A stretch of 64,000 nucleotides of DNA from an uncultured Verrucomicrobiota bacterium (GTDB lineage: Bacteria; Verrucomicrobiota; Verrucomicrobiia; Limisphaerales; JAEYXS01). Position 1 is the stretch's first letter. Each line of letters starts with the position of its first letter. Below the pieces are notes generated by a model. It saw nothing but the letters and a program-made list of their open reading frames with translations. It did not search any database and was not told where the DNA came from. The translations under genes were made by a program, and so were the position numbers. This document shows positions 48,414 through 58,741 of the stretch, piece after piece. The DNA is taken from assembly GCA_964589735.1 (NCBI GenBank), contig CAZPUL010000002.1, positions 8,176-72,175 on the forward strand, written 5' to 3'.

Positions 48414-48626
48414 GGGAGGGAAGGCGTCGGGTCGGGTGTGTGAACTTGGTGCTACGGCGGGCGTGCTCAACTGCCGGCCCCGAGCCGGATGTCGGGGCAC
48501 GGGTGGCGTGCTTCGCGTCACAGCCCCAGACCTCACCCGTTTGGAATCAGACCCGGAAGGGGGGCTTGGCCCGCCAAAGGACGCCAAATAGGGAGGGAAA
48601 AGGGAGTGTCGCGCCTCCAGCTCAAC

Positions 48627-48777
48627 GCCGGGGTGAAATTTGACCAATCACCGCGAATTATTTTTAGGAGAAATGCGGTTTTTGACGGTTTTCCATTTCT
48701 AACATTCTTATTATGAGCGGGTTATGATATTCCAAAATATTTTTAACAGAGAGGGAGGTAGGACAGCGGATGTCCTA
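48627..48777 (+). repeat. 151-nt conserved intergenic element 'delta', copy 2
   Basis: GCCGGGGTGAAATTT...CGCGAATTATTTTTAGGAGA...TAGGACAGCGGATGTCCTA. Confidence 0.65.
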
Positions 48778-49042
48778 GTGCCCTGGGTATGATACCGGCA
48801 TGAAAGATGAAAAAGGGAGTTTTTGGAGGGCAGCAGGGGGAAGCCGCGAAAATGTGGCTGATGAGGCAAAATTTAGCCGTAACCTAATGAGGAAGCCAGA
48901 ACGTCTAATGGGAGAACATATCCCTTGCGTGTTTGGGGCGGTTGCGGTGTTATTTGGTCACCGCCTAATTGGAATACGCAGCAGGATTAACGTTAATCTG
49001 CCAGCTTTGCTGTATTGGGAGCGGCAAAAACAGGTTTTTATC

Positions 49043-51772
49043 ATGAGTAAAGCCAGTCAATTTTGGTCGCAGGTCGTGACCTTGCTCGTCTCATTTTCTT
49101 TCATCGCGCCGCTGGCCGCTGCGCCGGCTGCCAAGTTGCCGACGGCGGGTGAGCGCTGGGTCAGTATGGAGAAGGCGGAGGTGCCGAGTTTTCGCCGGCA
49201 TGTGGTTCCCTTGATGAGCCGGTCAGGCTGCAGTGGTCGTGAGTGCCACGGATCGTTTGCCGGTCAGGGTGGATTCCAACTTTCGCTCTTTGGTTACGAC
49301 TTCGAGAAGGATCACCATGAGATCACGGCGGACAAGGAAGATGGCATCCGGATTGAAAAGGAAAATCCCGCGCAGAGCCTGGTACTCCTGAAAGCGACGA
49401 ATGAGGAGAAGCACAAAGGCAAGGAACGCATCAAGAAGGGTTCTTGGGAATATAACCTGTTGCTGAAATGGATCGCGGAAGGCGCGAAGATCGATGTGGC
49501 CGAGACGGGCGAATTCGACCGGTTGGAGATCCAGCCGAAGGAGATCGTTTTCAAGAAGACGGGTGAAGCGGTGCAGCTCAAGGTGCTGGCACATTGGAAA
49601 GACGGCACGGTGGAGGATGTGACGCAGATCACGCGCTTCCGCACGAATGATGACACGGTCTCGAATGTCTCGGACACAGGTGAAGTGAAATGCTCCGGTC
49701 CTGGCGACACGCACATCGTGGCGTTTTACGACAACGGTGTGCTGCCCATCCCGGTGATGTTGCCGGTGAGCGACAAAGTGGGGCCGAAGTATCCGAAAGT
49801 GGTGACGCGCACACCGGTGGATGAGCTGGTGGTGAACAAGCTGCGCAAGGTGGGCATCGTGCCCTCCGATGTGGCGGGTGATACGGAGTTCCTGCGCCGG
49901 GTGAGCCTGGATGTGACGGGTACGCTCCCGACACCTTCTGAGATCCGGGAATTCGTGGCGGATAAATCATCCGACAAACGGGCGAAGAAGATCGATGAAT
50001 TGCTGAACCGTCCGGCTTACGCCGCATGGTGGGCGACGCAGATGTGTGATTGGACCGGAAACAATGCGGCGCAGCTACGTGGCGCAGGGGAGAAGGATTA
50101 CAACAACGAACTGTCCCGCCTGTGGTACGACTGGATCGAGTCGCGCGTGGCGAAGAACGAGCCGTATGACAAGCTGGTGGCGGGCATCGTACTCGCGACG
50201 GGCCGCACGAGCCAGGATCAATCTTATGAGGATTACGCCCGCGAGATGTCTTCCTATCTGAAGAAGGAGAATCCGGCGGACATCGCGGACCGGCCGAACA
50301 TGCCGTTCTTCTGGTTGCGCCAAAATGTCAAGAAACCGCAGGAGAAGGCGCTGGCCTTCGCGCACAGCTTCCTGGGTGTGCGCATCGAGTGCGCCGAGTG
50401 CCACAAGCATCCGTTTGATCAATGGACGAAGACGGATTTCATGCAGTTCCAGGCGTTTTTTGAGCCGATCACTTACGGCGGGCGCAAAGACAAGGAGGGC
50501 GTCACCTATGCCAGCATGGTGACCAAGCTGCGCGAGATGATCGGCGAAGTGGACAAGCGCGAGCAGAAGAAGAAGATGGAGGCGGAATTTGAAAAATTGG
50601 TGCGGGCAGGTGAACCGGCCCCGTGGCAGGAGCTGTATGTGAACCAGGTCGCGACGCGCAAGCTTTCGGACAAGGACATCGCCCGCATCAAGGCGAAGAA
50701 CCCTAACTACAACAGTCGCGTGGCCACGCCGAAGATCCTGGGCGGCGAGGAAGTCTCGCTCACGGATTATCCCGATCCGCGCGCGCCCTTGATGGAGTGG
50801 ATGCGTGATCCGGAGAATGCGTATTTCGCCCGGGCTTTCGTGAATCGCGTGTGGGCGAATTATTTCGGGCGCGGCATCGTGGAGCCGGCCGATGACATGA
50901 ACCTGGCGAACCCGCCGGTGAACAAGGAATTGATGGATTACCTGGCCACGCAATTCGCCGCGAAGGGCTATGACATGAAGTGGTTGCATCGCGAGATCTT
51001 GAACAGCGACACGTATCAGCGCACATGGAAGCCAAATGACACGAACCGGCTGGATGAAAAGAATTTCAGCCACATGGTGCTGCGGCGTCTGCCGGCCGAG
51101 GTGGCGATGGACGCGATCACGATGGCGACGGCTTCGAGCCGGGACCAGTCCACCTTTGCGGGCAACATCGAGAAGCGGGCGATCGGGCCGATGGCGGCCA
51201 TTGGCACGCGCAAGGGCTTGAGCAGTTATTCGCTGACGACCTTTGGCAAGCCGGCACGGCTGACGAATTGCGATTGTGAACGCACGGCTGACCCGACGTT
51301 GTTGCAAACGCTTTTCACACGGAACGATCCGGAGTTGCTGACCAAGCTGGAGGGTGGTTCGAAAGACAGCGCATGGATCAGTGAATTGCGCAATCAGAAC
51401 GCCGGACCAGAAGTGAAAAAGGCGACGGATGAACTGCGCAAAACCCGAGCCACACGGGATAACTTGAGGAAACGGAAACAGATGCACATCGAGAAGGGGA
51501 CGGCGACGGAAACGGTGCTGAAACAGGTGGAGGCGCAGATCGCCGCGACGGAAGAGAAAGAGAAACAACTGGTGGTCACGACGAAGCCGCCGGCCATCAA
51601 TCAGGATGAAATCATCACGGAGATTTATTTGCGCACAGTAAGCCGTTTCCCGACAGCGGCAGAACTGAAGCTGGCCAAGGAGGACTTGGCCGCGGCGAAA
51701 GACCCGGTGGATGGCGTGCGCGACGTCCTGTGGGCGATGCTGAATGCGCGTGAATTTTTGGTGAATCACTAA
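49043..51772 (+). CDS. DUF1549/DUF1553 (planctomycete-cytochrome-associated) exported protein with Ig-like insert
   Basis: MSRSGCSGRECHGSFAGQGGFQLSLFGYD; LIVDELLRRPAYA-type region (IDELLNRPAYAAWWATQMCDWTGNN); FVNRVWANYFGRGIVEPADDM; QRTWKPNDTNRLDEKNF. Confidence 0.9.
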   Translation: MSKASQFWSQVVTLLVSFSFIAPLAAAPAAKLPTAGERWVSMEKAEVPSFRRHVVPLMSRSGCSGRECHGSFAGQGGFQLSLFGYDFEKDHHEITADKEDGIRIEKENPAQSLVLLKATNEEKHKGKERIKKGSWEYNLLLKWIAEGAKIDVAETGEFDRLEIQPKEIVFKKTGEAVQLKVLAHWKDGTVEDVTQITRFRTNDDTVSNVSDTGEVKCSGPGDTHIVAFYDNGVLPIPVMLPVSDKVGPKYPKVVTRTPVDELVVNKLRKVGIVPSDVAGDTEFLRRVSLDVTGTLPTPSEIREFVADKSSDKRAKKIDELLNRPAYAAWWATQMCDWTGNNAAQLRGAGEKDYNNELSRLWYDWIESRVAKNEPYDKLVAGIVLATGRTSQDQSYEDYAREMSSYLKKENPADIADRPNMPFFWLRQNVKKPQEKALAFAHSFLGVRIECAECHKHPFDQWTKTDFMQFQAFFEPITYGGRKDKEGVTYASMVTKLREMIGEVDKREQKKKMEAEFEKLVRAGEPAPWQELYVNQVATRKLSDKDIARIKAKNPNYNSRVATPKILGGEEVSLTDYPDPRAPLMEWMRDPENAYFARAFVNRVWANYFGRGIVEPADDMNLANPPVNKELMDYLATQFAAKGYDMKWLHREILNSDTYQRTWKPNDTNRLDEKNFSHMVLRRLPAEVAMDAITMATASSRDQSTFAGNIEKRAIGPMAAIGTRKGLSSYSLTTFGKPARLTNCDCERTADPTLLQTLFTRNDPELLTKLEGGSKDSAWISELRNQNAGPEVKKATDELRKTRATRDNLRKRKQMHIEKGTATETVLKQVEAQIAATEEKEKQLVVTTKPPAINQDEIITEIYLRTVSRFPTAAELKLAKEDLAAAKDPVDGVRDVLWAMLNAREFLVNH

Positions 51773-51784
51773 ACGGAAAACTTT

Positions 51785-53083
51785 ATGGCTAACCACTCCT
51801 ATTGTGACGGCGTCAACCGCCGCGACTTCCTGCGTGTCGGTGCCCTGGCGGGCATCGGCTTGAGCCTGCCGAACTTCCTGCAACTCCAGGCGCAGGGCGG
51901 CGTCACGCCCGCGAAGGGCAAGGCGGCCATCTACGTGCGGCTCTCGGGCGGTCCGAGCCACATGGACACGTTCGATCTCAAGCCGGACGCGCCTGATACG
52001 CATCGCGGCGAGTTCAAGGAGATCGCGACGAATGTGCCCGGCGTGCGCATCAGCGAGCATCTGCCGAAGCTGGCGCAGTGCGCAGACAAGTACACGATCT
52101 TGCGCGGGGTGAGTCATACACTTGCGGCCCATGAACTGGGCAGCGCCTACATGATGACGGGCAATCGCCCGATCGCCTCGCTGCGTTATCCTTCCTACGG
52201 TTCCGTGGTCGCGCGGGAGATGAGCGCGCCAGAATACTTGCCGCCGTTCGTGGCTATCCCGAGCCAGGGTAACTATGCCACGGGTTTCATGGGGCCGGAG
52301 TTTGGGCCGTTCGAGACGGGTTCTGCGCCGACGGCGGGGCGTGCGCTTGAGGTGCGCGGCCTGGCCTTGCGCAACGGCGTGACGCTGGAAGACGTCGATC
52401 GCCGCCAGAACTTGGTGAAGCGTTATGACACGGCCTTTGGCGAGTTCGCGAAGGAGGACAAATTACTCGCGGGCATGGACCAGTTCGGCCAGAAGGCGTA
52501 CGAGATGATGCGCTCGGAGAAGTCGCGCGAGGCGTTCGATTTGCGCAAGGAATCGGAGAACATCACGAAGCTGTTCGGCGCGGACCAGTTCTCGCAGAGC
52601 TGTCTGCTGGCGACACGGCTGGTGGAATCCGGCGTGCGGTTTGTCACCGTGACCCTCGGCGGCTGGGATACGCATGACCAGAATTTTGCGAAGCTGAAGG
52701 ATAAGAACCTGCCGACGCTCGATGCGGGTCTCTCAGGCCTTTTCCTCGCGCTCGCAGCGAAGGGTTTGCTCGATACGACGTCGGTGTTCGTGACGGGTGA
52801 GTTCGGTCGCACGCCGAAGATCAATGCACGTGGCGGACGCGATCACTATCCGCGCGCGATGTTCTGTCTGCTCGCCGGTGGTGGCATCCAGGGCGGACGC
52901 GTGATTGGCGAATCTGATGCGAAGGGTGAAGGCCCGAAGGACAAGGCCATCACGCCGGATGACGTGGCGGCCACGTACTATCACTCGCTGGGTATCAATC
53001 CGACGAAGGAGTATCATACGCCGAGCGGACGTCCGGTGATGATCGTGCGTTACGGCAAGGTGATGAACGAGTTGTTTGCCTGA
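51785..53083 (+). CDS. DUF1501 family protein
   Basis: NRRDFLRVGALAGIGLSLPNFL; VRLSGGPSHMDTFDLKPDAPDTHRGEFKEIATNVPGVRISEHLPKLA; VTGEFGRTPKINARGGRDHYPRAMFCLLAGGGIQGG. Confidence 0.95.
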   Translation: MANHSYCDGVNRRDFLRVGALAGIGLSLPNFLQLQAQGGVTPAKGKAAIYVRLSGGPSHMDTFDLKPDAPDTHRGEFKEIATNVPGVRISEHLPKLAQCADKYTILRGVSHTLAAHELGSAYMMTGNRPIASLRYPSYGSVVAREMSAPEYLPPFVAIPSQGNYATGFMGPEFGPFETGSAPTAGRALEVRGLALRNGVTLEDVDRRQNLVKRYDTAFGEFAKEDKLLAGMDQFGQKAYEMMRSEKSREAFDLRKESENITKLFGADQFSQSCLLATRLVESGVRFVTVTLGGWDTHDQNFAKLKDKNLPTLDAGLSGLFLALAAKGLLDTTSVFVTGEFGRTPKINARGGRDHYPRAMFCLLAGGGIQGGRVIGESDAKGEGPKDKAITPDDVAATYYHSLGINPTKEYHTPSGRPVMIVRYGKVMNELFA

Positions 53084-53103
53084 GCGGAGAAGAATTCAAG
53101 CGA

Positions 53104-53135
53104 CCCCGGCATTGCGCGAGCGGTGCCGGGGTTTT
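53104..53135 (+). terminator. Intrinsic terminator after DUF1501 gene
   Basis: CCCCGGCA-n12-TGCCGGGG-TTTT. Confidence 0.8.
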
Positions 53136-53249
53136 GCTTTTTCAGAACTGGCAGTGCGACGGGGTTGAAAACACACTCGACACCACCCGCAGGTTTTCCA
53201 CACTGGCCCCCGTCGGAGACGCTGCAACTCGTTTCCGGCGCTGTCACCT

Positions 53250-54611
53250 GTGGAACGCACCAATGCCAGTTCACCGGCCCCGGTATTTCCCGCGGGCATC
53301 GGGAACATCTTTGCTTTCGCGGCTTTCAACGCGCTGTCCTTCCAGATCGTCCTGGGCAGCCCGATGATCCTGTATGCGAAGACGCTGGATGCCAGCGCCA
53401 CGGTGCTCGGTATCATCGCGGGCATGATGCCGCTGCTGGTCATCTTCCAGATCCCGGCGGCGAAGCATGTGGCCAGCGTGGGCTATAAGAAATTCGTCCT
53501 CGGTGGCTGGTCCATCCGCGTGGTGTTCATCTTTCTGATGGCCTTGGTGCCGTTGAGCGAAGTGTTCTTGAGCAAGGAATCGCGGCTCTCGCTGATGCTC
53601 TTCCTGCTGTTCTTCTTCAATCTTTCGCGAGGCATTTCCAGTTGCGGCTGGCTCCCTTGGATCACCTCATTGATCCCGGGCGAGATCCGTGGGCGCTACC
53701 TGTCGCGTGAGGCGGCGATGGTGAACATCGCCAGTTTCATCACCATGATCATAGCGGCCGCTTCTTTGGGGAAAGATCCGCAAGCGTGGCAATTCGCCGC
53801 CATCATCGCCTTCAGCGCGCTGATGGGGGCGGCCAGCCTGGTGTTCCTGAAACGCATCCCGGAAGTGGCCGCGCCGGCGCAGATCGCCAGTTCAAATACG
53901 CCGGTGCCGTGGAAGGAGATTTCAAGCTATCCGCCGTTTAGGAAGCTGCTGAATCTGAGTGTGGTCTGGTCGTTTGCCTACGGCGGCATGGGTGCTTTTC
54001 CCATCGCCTACTTGAAGGTGATGGCGGGTGTGCCGGAGGGTAAGATCCTGTTCATGACCTCAGCGGCTTTCATCGGCGGGCTTTGCAGTCTGTGGCTGCT
54101 GGGGGCTCGGTTGGATCGCTTGGGCAGCAAGCCCGCGTTGGCCTTGGGGCATACGTTCTTTTTGCTCATCGTCGCCGGCTGGTTTTTGCTCGCGGCGAAA
54201 GTCATCGCGTTTTCCATCACCAGCGTGCTCGTGCTCATGTTTCTCACGGGCATGAGTGCCTCCATCACCGGCATGGCGATGACCCGGCTGGCCATGGCGG
54301 TGGTGCCGGAGATGGGGCGGTCCCATTTCTTCGCGCTTTATTCCGTGGCGGGCAGCCTTTCCCTGGGCATCGCTCCAGTGGTCTGGGGCGTGCTGATCGA
54401 TGCCATGCAGGCATCGGAGTTTATCTGGCAGGGGATGGATTTGAACCGCTATGCGTGGTTCTTCCTCGCCGTGTTCGTCACGTTCCTGTTTTCCCTCAAT
54501 CAATGCCGCAAGCTGGTCGAGCCAGCCGCCGGCAGCATGGAAGATCTGTTGAAGGACATCCTCAGCCAGACGCCCCTGCGCGTGTGGGTCCGCTTTTGGC
54601 AGAGATTTTAA
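53250..54611 (+). CDS. MFS transporter
   Basis: 12-TM-like hydrophobic pattern; GIIAGMMPLLVIFQIPAAK, LIPGEIRGRYLSREAAMVN. Confidence 0.82.
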   Translation: MERTNASSPAPVFPAGIGNIFAFAAFNALSFQIVLGSPMILYAKTLDASATVLGIIAGMMPLLVIFQIPAAKHVASVGYKKFVLGGWSIRVVFIFLMALVPLSEVFLSKESRLSLMLFLLFFFNLSRGISSCGWLPWITSLIPGEIRGRYLSREAAMVNIASFITMIIAAASLGKDPQAWQFAAIIAFSALMGAASLVFLKRIPEVAAPAQIASSNTPVPWKEISSYPPFRKLLNLSVVWSFAYGGMGAFPIAYLKVMAGVPEGKILFMTSAAFIGGLCSLWLLGARLDRLGSKPALALGHTFFLLIVAGWFLLAAKVIAFSITSVLVLMFLTGMSASITGMAMTRLAMAVVPEMGRSHFFALYSVAGSLSLGIAPVVWGVLIDAMQASEFIWQGMDLNRYAWFFLAVFVTFLFSLNQCRKLVEPAAGSMEDLLKDILSQTPLRVWVRFWQRF

Positions 54612-54632
54612 GAGCTGGGCCGCTGCCTGGCC

Positions 54633-55550
54633 TTACGCCAGCCAGGTCTTCAGCACCTGCAGATCTTTCTTCATGTGGCCCATCATCTGTTTCTGATCGC
54701 CCATCTCATACTCATGATGCTGGGAGATCGGGCCGCTGTAGCTCGTCTTCCTCAGGTTGTCGAAGAAGGTCTTGCTGACCATGCCTTCACCCAGCGGTGC
54801 CCACTCGGCTTTCGCGCCTTTGGCGTCCTTCTTCCAGTTGAAATCTTTCACGAAGACCGCGGTGTAGAAGGGCTCCATCAACTTCGCTTCGATGGGCCAG
54901 GAGAGCCCGCCCTCGATCGTCGCATGGCCGATGTCGAAGCACATGCCCATGTGTTTCGGATCGAGATCCTTGATCATGCTATATACATCCCAGATGGGCG
55001 CACCCACGTAATCACGACCGGAATGATTCTGGAAACCGGCCTGGATGCCCAAGGACTTGCACGCCTCGGCGATGTCCTTCAACTGCGCGCCGATCTCCTT
55101 CAACTGCTCCGCTGGATTCTTGTCCTTCTCGTATTTCCAGAAGCCAAGCCGGATGCGCTTGATGCCCAGCTTGGAGGCCGTGCGCAAGACGGTTTCCGTA
55201 TGCGGCGTCTGCATGGACGTGATGGCCGTGGTGAGGATGTAGAGATCCAGCTTCTGCTTCCGAAATACCTCGGCGAACTTGGGCAATTCATCGGCGACCT
55301 TTTCCGGTTCGATCTGGCCCTTGGGCCGCACAGGGCATTCGATGCCGTCCCAGCCCACTTCCGCCACGAAATCGGCCGTCTGCTGGGCGCTCAACTGCTG
55401 GAACGGCTTCGAGAAGGCGATGATCGGGTACTTGCTCTTCGCCGGTGCTTGGGCGCGAGCGAGACCGGCTCCCGTGCTGAGCGCGGCGGCGGTCAAGGTG
55501 GTCTGGAACAGGAACTCACGACGGGAAAGCGATGTTTGCGGGCGGATCAT
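54633..55550 (-). CDS. Sugar phosphate isomerase/epimerase (xylose isomerase-like TIM barrel), exported-type N-terminus
   Basis: SLSRREFLFQTTLTAAALSTGAGLARAQ; AGFQNHSGRDYVGAPIWDVYSMIKDLDPKHMGMCFDIGHATIEGG. Confidence 0.88.
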   Translation of the reverse strand: MIRPQTSLSRREFLFQTTLTAAALSTGAGLARAQAPAKSKYPIIAFSKPFQQLSAQQTADFVAEVGWDGIECPVRPKGQIEPEKVADELPKFAEVFRKQKLDLYILTTAITSMQTPHTETVLRTASKLGIKRIRLGFWKYEKDKNPAEQLKEIGAQLKDIAEACKSLGIQAGFQNHSGRDYVGAPIWDVYSMIKDLDPKHMGMCFDIGHATIEGGLSWPIEAKLMEPFYTAVFVKDFNWKKDAKGAKAEWAPLGEGMVSKTFFDNLRKTSYSGPISQHHEYEMGDQKQMMGHMKKDLQVLKTWLA

Positions 55551-55653
55551 GGGGTAAGTTTGACCAGGTGCGGGAGAATTTCAATGCTGGTTTGTGATGA
55601 GCTTTTCCCAAGGTTTCTCTGGCACTACCTGTGTGTCCTTATTAAACTAAGCC

Positions 55654-56127
55654 ATGCGCCTTTACTTCCTCAGGCACGCTGATTCTCCGCCCGGAGCGGA
55701 TGACGCAGTCAGGCCGCTCTCCAAACTGGGCCAGCGCCAGGCCAAGGCCTTGGCTGACCTGCTGGTGAATGCCGGGATCGTGTTTGATGCGGCCTACAGC
55801 AGTCCTTTGGTGCGGGCGCGGGAAACCGCGGAACTCATCCTGCCGGTCACCAACAGCGACAAGCGTATCATCTTGGAACTGACCGATGCGTTGCTGAATG
55901 AGGAGAAGAATTTTGCGGGCTGGCTAAAAAAGATTCCTGACGGGAAGAACATCCTGCTGGTGGGGCATAATCCCTCCATCTCCGATCACATCGTCCACCT
56001 GCTCCAGTGGCATGCGGGTGATTCCTTTGAGATGTCCAAGGGGATGCTCGCCTGTCTCCGCACGGAAGACCGGGCGATCTATTCCCTGAAACTTGTCATC
56101 GGCCCGAAGATGCTGGGGGTGAAGTAA
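55654..56127 (+). CDS. sixA: Phosphohistidine phosphatase SixA-like
   Basis: MRLYFLRHADSPPGADDAVRPLSKLGQRQAKALADLL; ILLVGHNPSISDHIVHLL. Confidence 0.9.
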   Translation: MRLYFLRHADSPPGADDAVRPLSKLGQRQAKALADLLVNAGIVFDAAYSSPLVRARETAELILPVTNSDKRIILELTDALLNEEKNFAGWLKKIPDGKNILLVGHNPSISDHIVHLLQWHAGDSFEMSKGMLACLRTEDRAIYSLKLVIGPKMLGVK

Positions 56128-56181
56128 CCCCTGACCCGTAGCAGCCGACGTAAGGAGGCTCCGCCATTCCCGTAACCAGTC

Positions 56182-56514
56182 ATGAATTCCAGCAGCTCAA
56201 AGTACGTCCTTCCCGTTTGCGCCATCGTCGCGAGTTTCTTTGGCGTATCCATCATCCGCTATTCTCTGGGGCTTTACTTGGCCGCGTTGGGCCAACAGAC
56301 CGAATTGTTCCCCAAAAGCGTGCAATTTGTCTGGCGTATCCATGACTATCGCTGGCTGATCTTGAGCTTGGGAACTGTGGGGTTCATCGTGGTCTGCCGG
56401 CGCGCGAAGACGGAAGCTGAATCCAATCTGGTCAGCGGCCTTTATATGCTGGGCTGGTTCGTGCTTTGTTTTCTGGTCCAGTTTTGCCTCGTTTACGGTT
56501 TGAACCAGCGTTGA
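56182..56514 (+). CDS. Small hypothetical membrane protein, three predicted TM helices
   Basis: Hydrophobic segments; ORF fits the gap between sixA and prmC. Confidence 0.55.
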   Translation: MNSSSSKYVLPVCAIVASFFGVSIIRYSLGLYLAALGQQTELFPKSVQFVWRIHDYRWLILSLGTVGFIVVCRRAKTEAESNLVSGLYMLGWFVLCFLVQFCLVYGLNQR

Positions 56515-56559
56515 TTGGATTTTCCTTTGCTTGCCCCGCCAGATTCCTAGGCTCTCGCC

Positions 56560-57420
56560 GTGACCGTTCTGGAAACGATACAACGCAGCACCGAGTTTTT
56601 GCAGCGCAAGCAGGTGGATTCCCCCCGTTTGCAGGCGGAGCTGTTGCTGGCGCATGTGCTGAAGATGCCGCGCCTCAAGCTGTATCTTAACTTCGAGCGC
56701 GCCTTGCAGCCCGCCGAAGAGCAATCCATGCGCGAACTGGTCCAGCGGCGCGGCAAGCGGGAACCGCTCCAGCATCTGGTAGGCACCGTGAACTTCTGCG
56801 GTTACGAACTGGAAGTGAACCGCGATGTGCTCATCCCCCGTCCGGAAACGGAGCATTTGGCGGAACTGGCGTGGACTTACCTTAACGGATTACCGAAAGG
56901 TGAACTGCGCGCCTTGGACCTCGGCACAGGCTCGGGTTGCCTGCCTATCACCATCGCTGTCAAGTGTCCAAAGGTGACTTTGGACACGGTAGATATCTCG
57001 GCAGCAGCCTCGGCGGTTGCCAAACGGAACGCAGAAAAGCATCAGGTGACTGCGCGGCTGCATTTCCTGGAGGGAGATCTGTTTCAGCCCTTAAGCAAGG
57101 GGCAAAAGTATCACCTGATCGTCAGCAATCCGCCTTACATCGAGGCGGCGGAGATCGAGACATTGGAGCCGGAGGTGAAGGATTTCGATCCGCGTCTGGC
57201 CTTGGATGGCGGAGCGGATGGATTGGAGTTTTACCGGCGGTTGGCCAAGGAAGGGGCCGCTTGGCTGTTGCCTAATGGTCGCTTGATGGCGGAATTCGGT
57301 GAAGGACAGGGGCCGGCCATCCAGCAGATTTTTGAAGGCAACGGATGGACGGTTCATGCTTTGGAGAAAGATTTAAGCGGTCGGGAACGCTTCGTGATTG
57401 CCAGTCTGCGAAGCGCGTGA
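56560..57420 (+). CDS. prmC: Peptide chain release factor N5-glutamine methyltransferase
   Basis: QHLVGTVNFCGYELEVNRDVLIPRPETEHL, LDLGTGSGCLPITIA, LIVSNPPYIEAAEIETLEPEV. Confidence 0.94.
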   Translation: MTVLETIQRSTEFLQRKQVDSPRLQAELLLAHVLKMPRLKLYLNFERALQPAEEQSMRELVQRRGKREPLQHLVGTVNFCGYELEVNRDVLIPRPETEHLAELAWTYLNGLPKGELRALDLGTGSGCLPITIAVKCPKVTLDTVDISAAASAVAKRNAEKHQVTARLHFLEGDLFQPLSKGQKYHLIVSNPPYIEAAEIETLEPEVKDFDPRLALDGGADGLEFYRRLAKEGAAWLLPNGRLMAEFGEGQGPAIQQIFEGNGWTVHALEKDLSGRERFVIASLRSA

Positions 57421-57478
57421 AAAAGTCGCGCGTCGTTGATTCTCTGGCGCAAACTTTTTTCGGTTCGATTTTGATTAT

Positions 57479-58738
57479 ATGGACAGTCTTTTGATCAAAG
57501 GCGGCATCCCGCTGCACGGCGATGTGCAGATCAGCGGAGCCAAGAACGCCGTGCTCCCCCTCATGGCCGCCACCCTCCTCACGGCTGAGCCATGCATCAT
57601 CCGCCGCGTACCGGACCTGAGCGACGTGAAGTTCATGGGCCAAGTTCTTACTTCACTCGGAGCGACGGTGGAGATCAACGGTGACGAGGTGAAAATCCAG
57701 GCCAACAAGATCAAGGGCACGGGTGATTATGACCTGATCCGCAAGATGCGTGGATCCATCTGCATCTTGGGCCCGCTGCTGGCGCGCTTGAAGAAGGCCA
57801 CGGTGTCGCTGCCGGGTGGTTGCGTCATCGGTGCCCGTCCGGTGGACCTGCATTTGAAGGGCCTCGAGGCCCTGAGCGCGAAGATCGTCGTCGAGCGCGG
57901 TTACGTCATTGCCAAAGCCCCGAAATTGATCGGTCGCGAGATGTTCCTTGGTGGTCGCTCGGGCCCGACGGTTTTGGGCACGGCGAATATCATGATGGCG
58001 GCGACGCTGGCGGAAGGCGTGACCATCATCGACAGCGCGGCGTGCGAGCCGGAAGTGGTCGATCTGGCGAACTTCCTGAACGCCATGGGCGCCAAGATCA
58101 CGGGTGCGGGCAGCCCCACCATCACCATCACGGGTGTGAAAGAGTTGCATGGTGCGGAGCATGAGGTCATTCCGGACCGCATTGAAGCGGCCACTTATGC
58201 GATCGCGGCGGCGGCGACAAATGGTGAAGTAACCCTCCATGGTGCGCGGGCGGATCACATGCACGCCATTTTGGACAAGCTCCGTGAAGCGGGTGTGAAA
58301 GTTGAGCGAAGCGGCCCACGCATCACCATCAAACGCAATGGCAAACTCAAGCCGGTGGACATCGTCACCCAGCCTTACGCAGGGTTCCCGACGGATGCCC
58401 AGGCGCAGATGATGGTGCTCATGGCGTTGACGCCCGGCATCAGCATCATCACGGAACGGATTTTCGAGGCCCGCTTTATGCACGTCAGCGAGTTGCTGCG
58501 TTTGGGGGCGGACATCGCCATCGAGGGGCCAAGCGCCATCGTGAAGGGCGGCAAACCGCTTAGCGGCGCAGAAGTGATGGCGAGCGATCTGCGTGCCTCG
58601 GCGGCCCTGGTCATCGGCGGCATGGCGGCGAAGGGTTCCACCCAGGTGAACCGTATCTATCATCTGGACCGTGGCTACGAGAAGATCGATGAGAAGCTGA
58701 AGAAGTTGGGGGCAAGGGTGTCCCGGGTGAAAGAGTAG
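57479..58738 (+). CDS. murA: UDP-N-acetylglucosamine 1-carboxyvinyltransferase
   Basis: GGIPLHGDVQISGAKNAVLPLMAATLLT, VSLPGGCVIGARPVDLHLKG (catalytic Cys loop), TEIPDRIEA-like 'VIPDRIEAATYAIAAA'. Confidence 0.97.
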   Translation: MDSLLIKGGIPLHGDVQISGAKNAVLPLMAATLLTAEPCIIRRVPDLSDVKFMGQVLTSLGATVEINGDEVKIQANKIKGTGDYDLIRKMRGSICILGPLLARLKKATVSLPGGCVIGARPVDLHLKGLEALSAKIVVERGYVIAKAPKLIGREMFLGGRSGPTVLGTANIMMAATLAEGVTIIDSAACEPEVVDLANFLNAMGAKITGAGSPTITITGVKELHGAEHEVIPDRIEAATYAIAAAATNGEVTLHGARADHMHAILDKLREAGVKVERSGPRITIKRNGKLKPVDIVTQPYAGFPTDAQAQMMVLMALTPGISIITERIFEARFMHVSELLRLGADIAIEGPSAIVKGGKPLSGAEVMASDLRASAALVIGGMAAKGSTQVNRIYHLDRGYEKIDEKLKKLGARVSRVKE

Positions 58739-58741
58739 GGG

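Noticed and set aside
48305-48643. 112-aa ORF across the repeat nest
   Set aside because: Consists largely of repeat C hairpins (ITTSRWSLVATGGGPV...), so it is unlikely to be a real protein.
50075-52132. 685-aa antisense ORF over the DUF1549/1553 gene and the start of the DUF1501 gene
   Set aside because: Shadow ORF; both plus-strand genes have strong family signatures.
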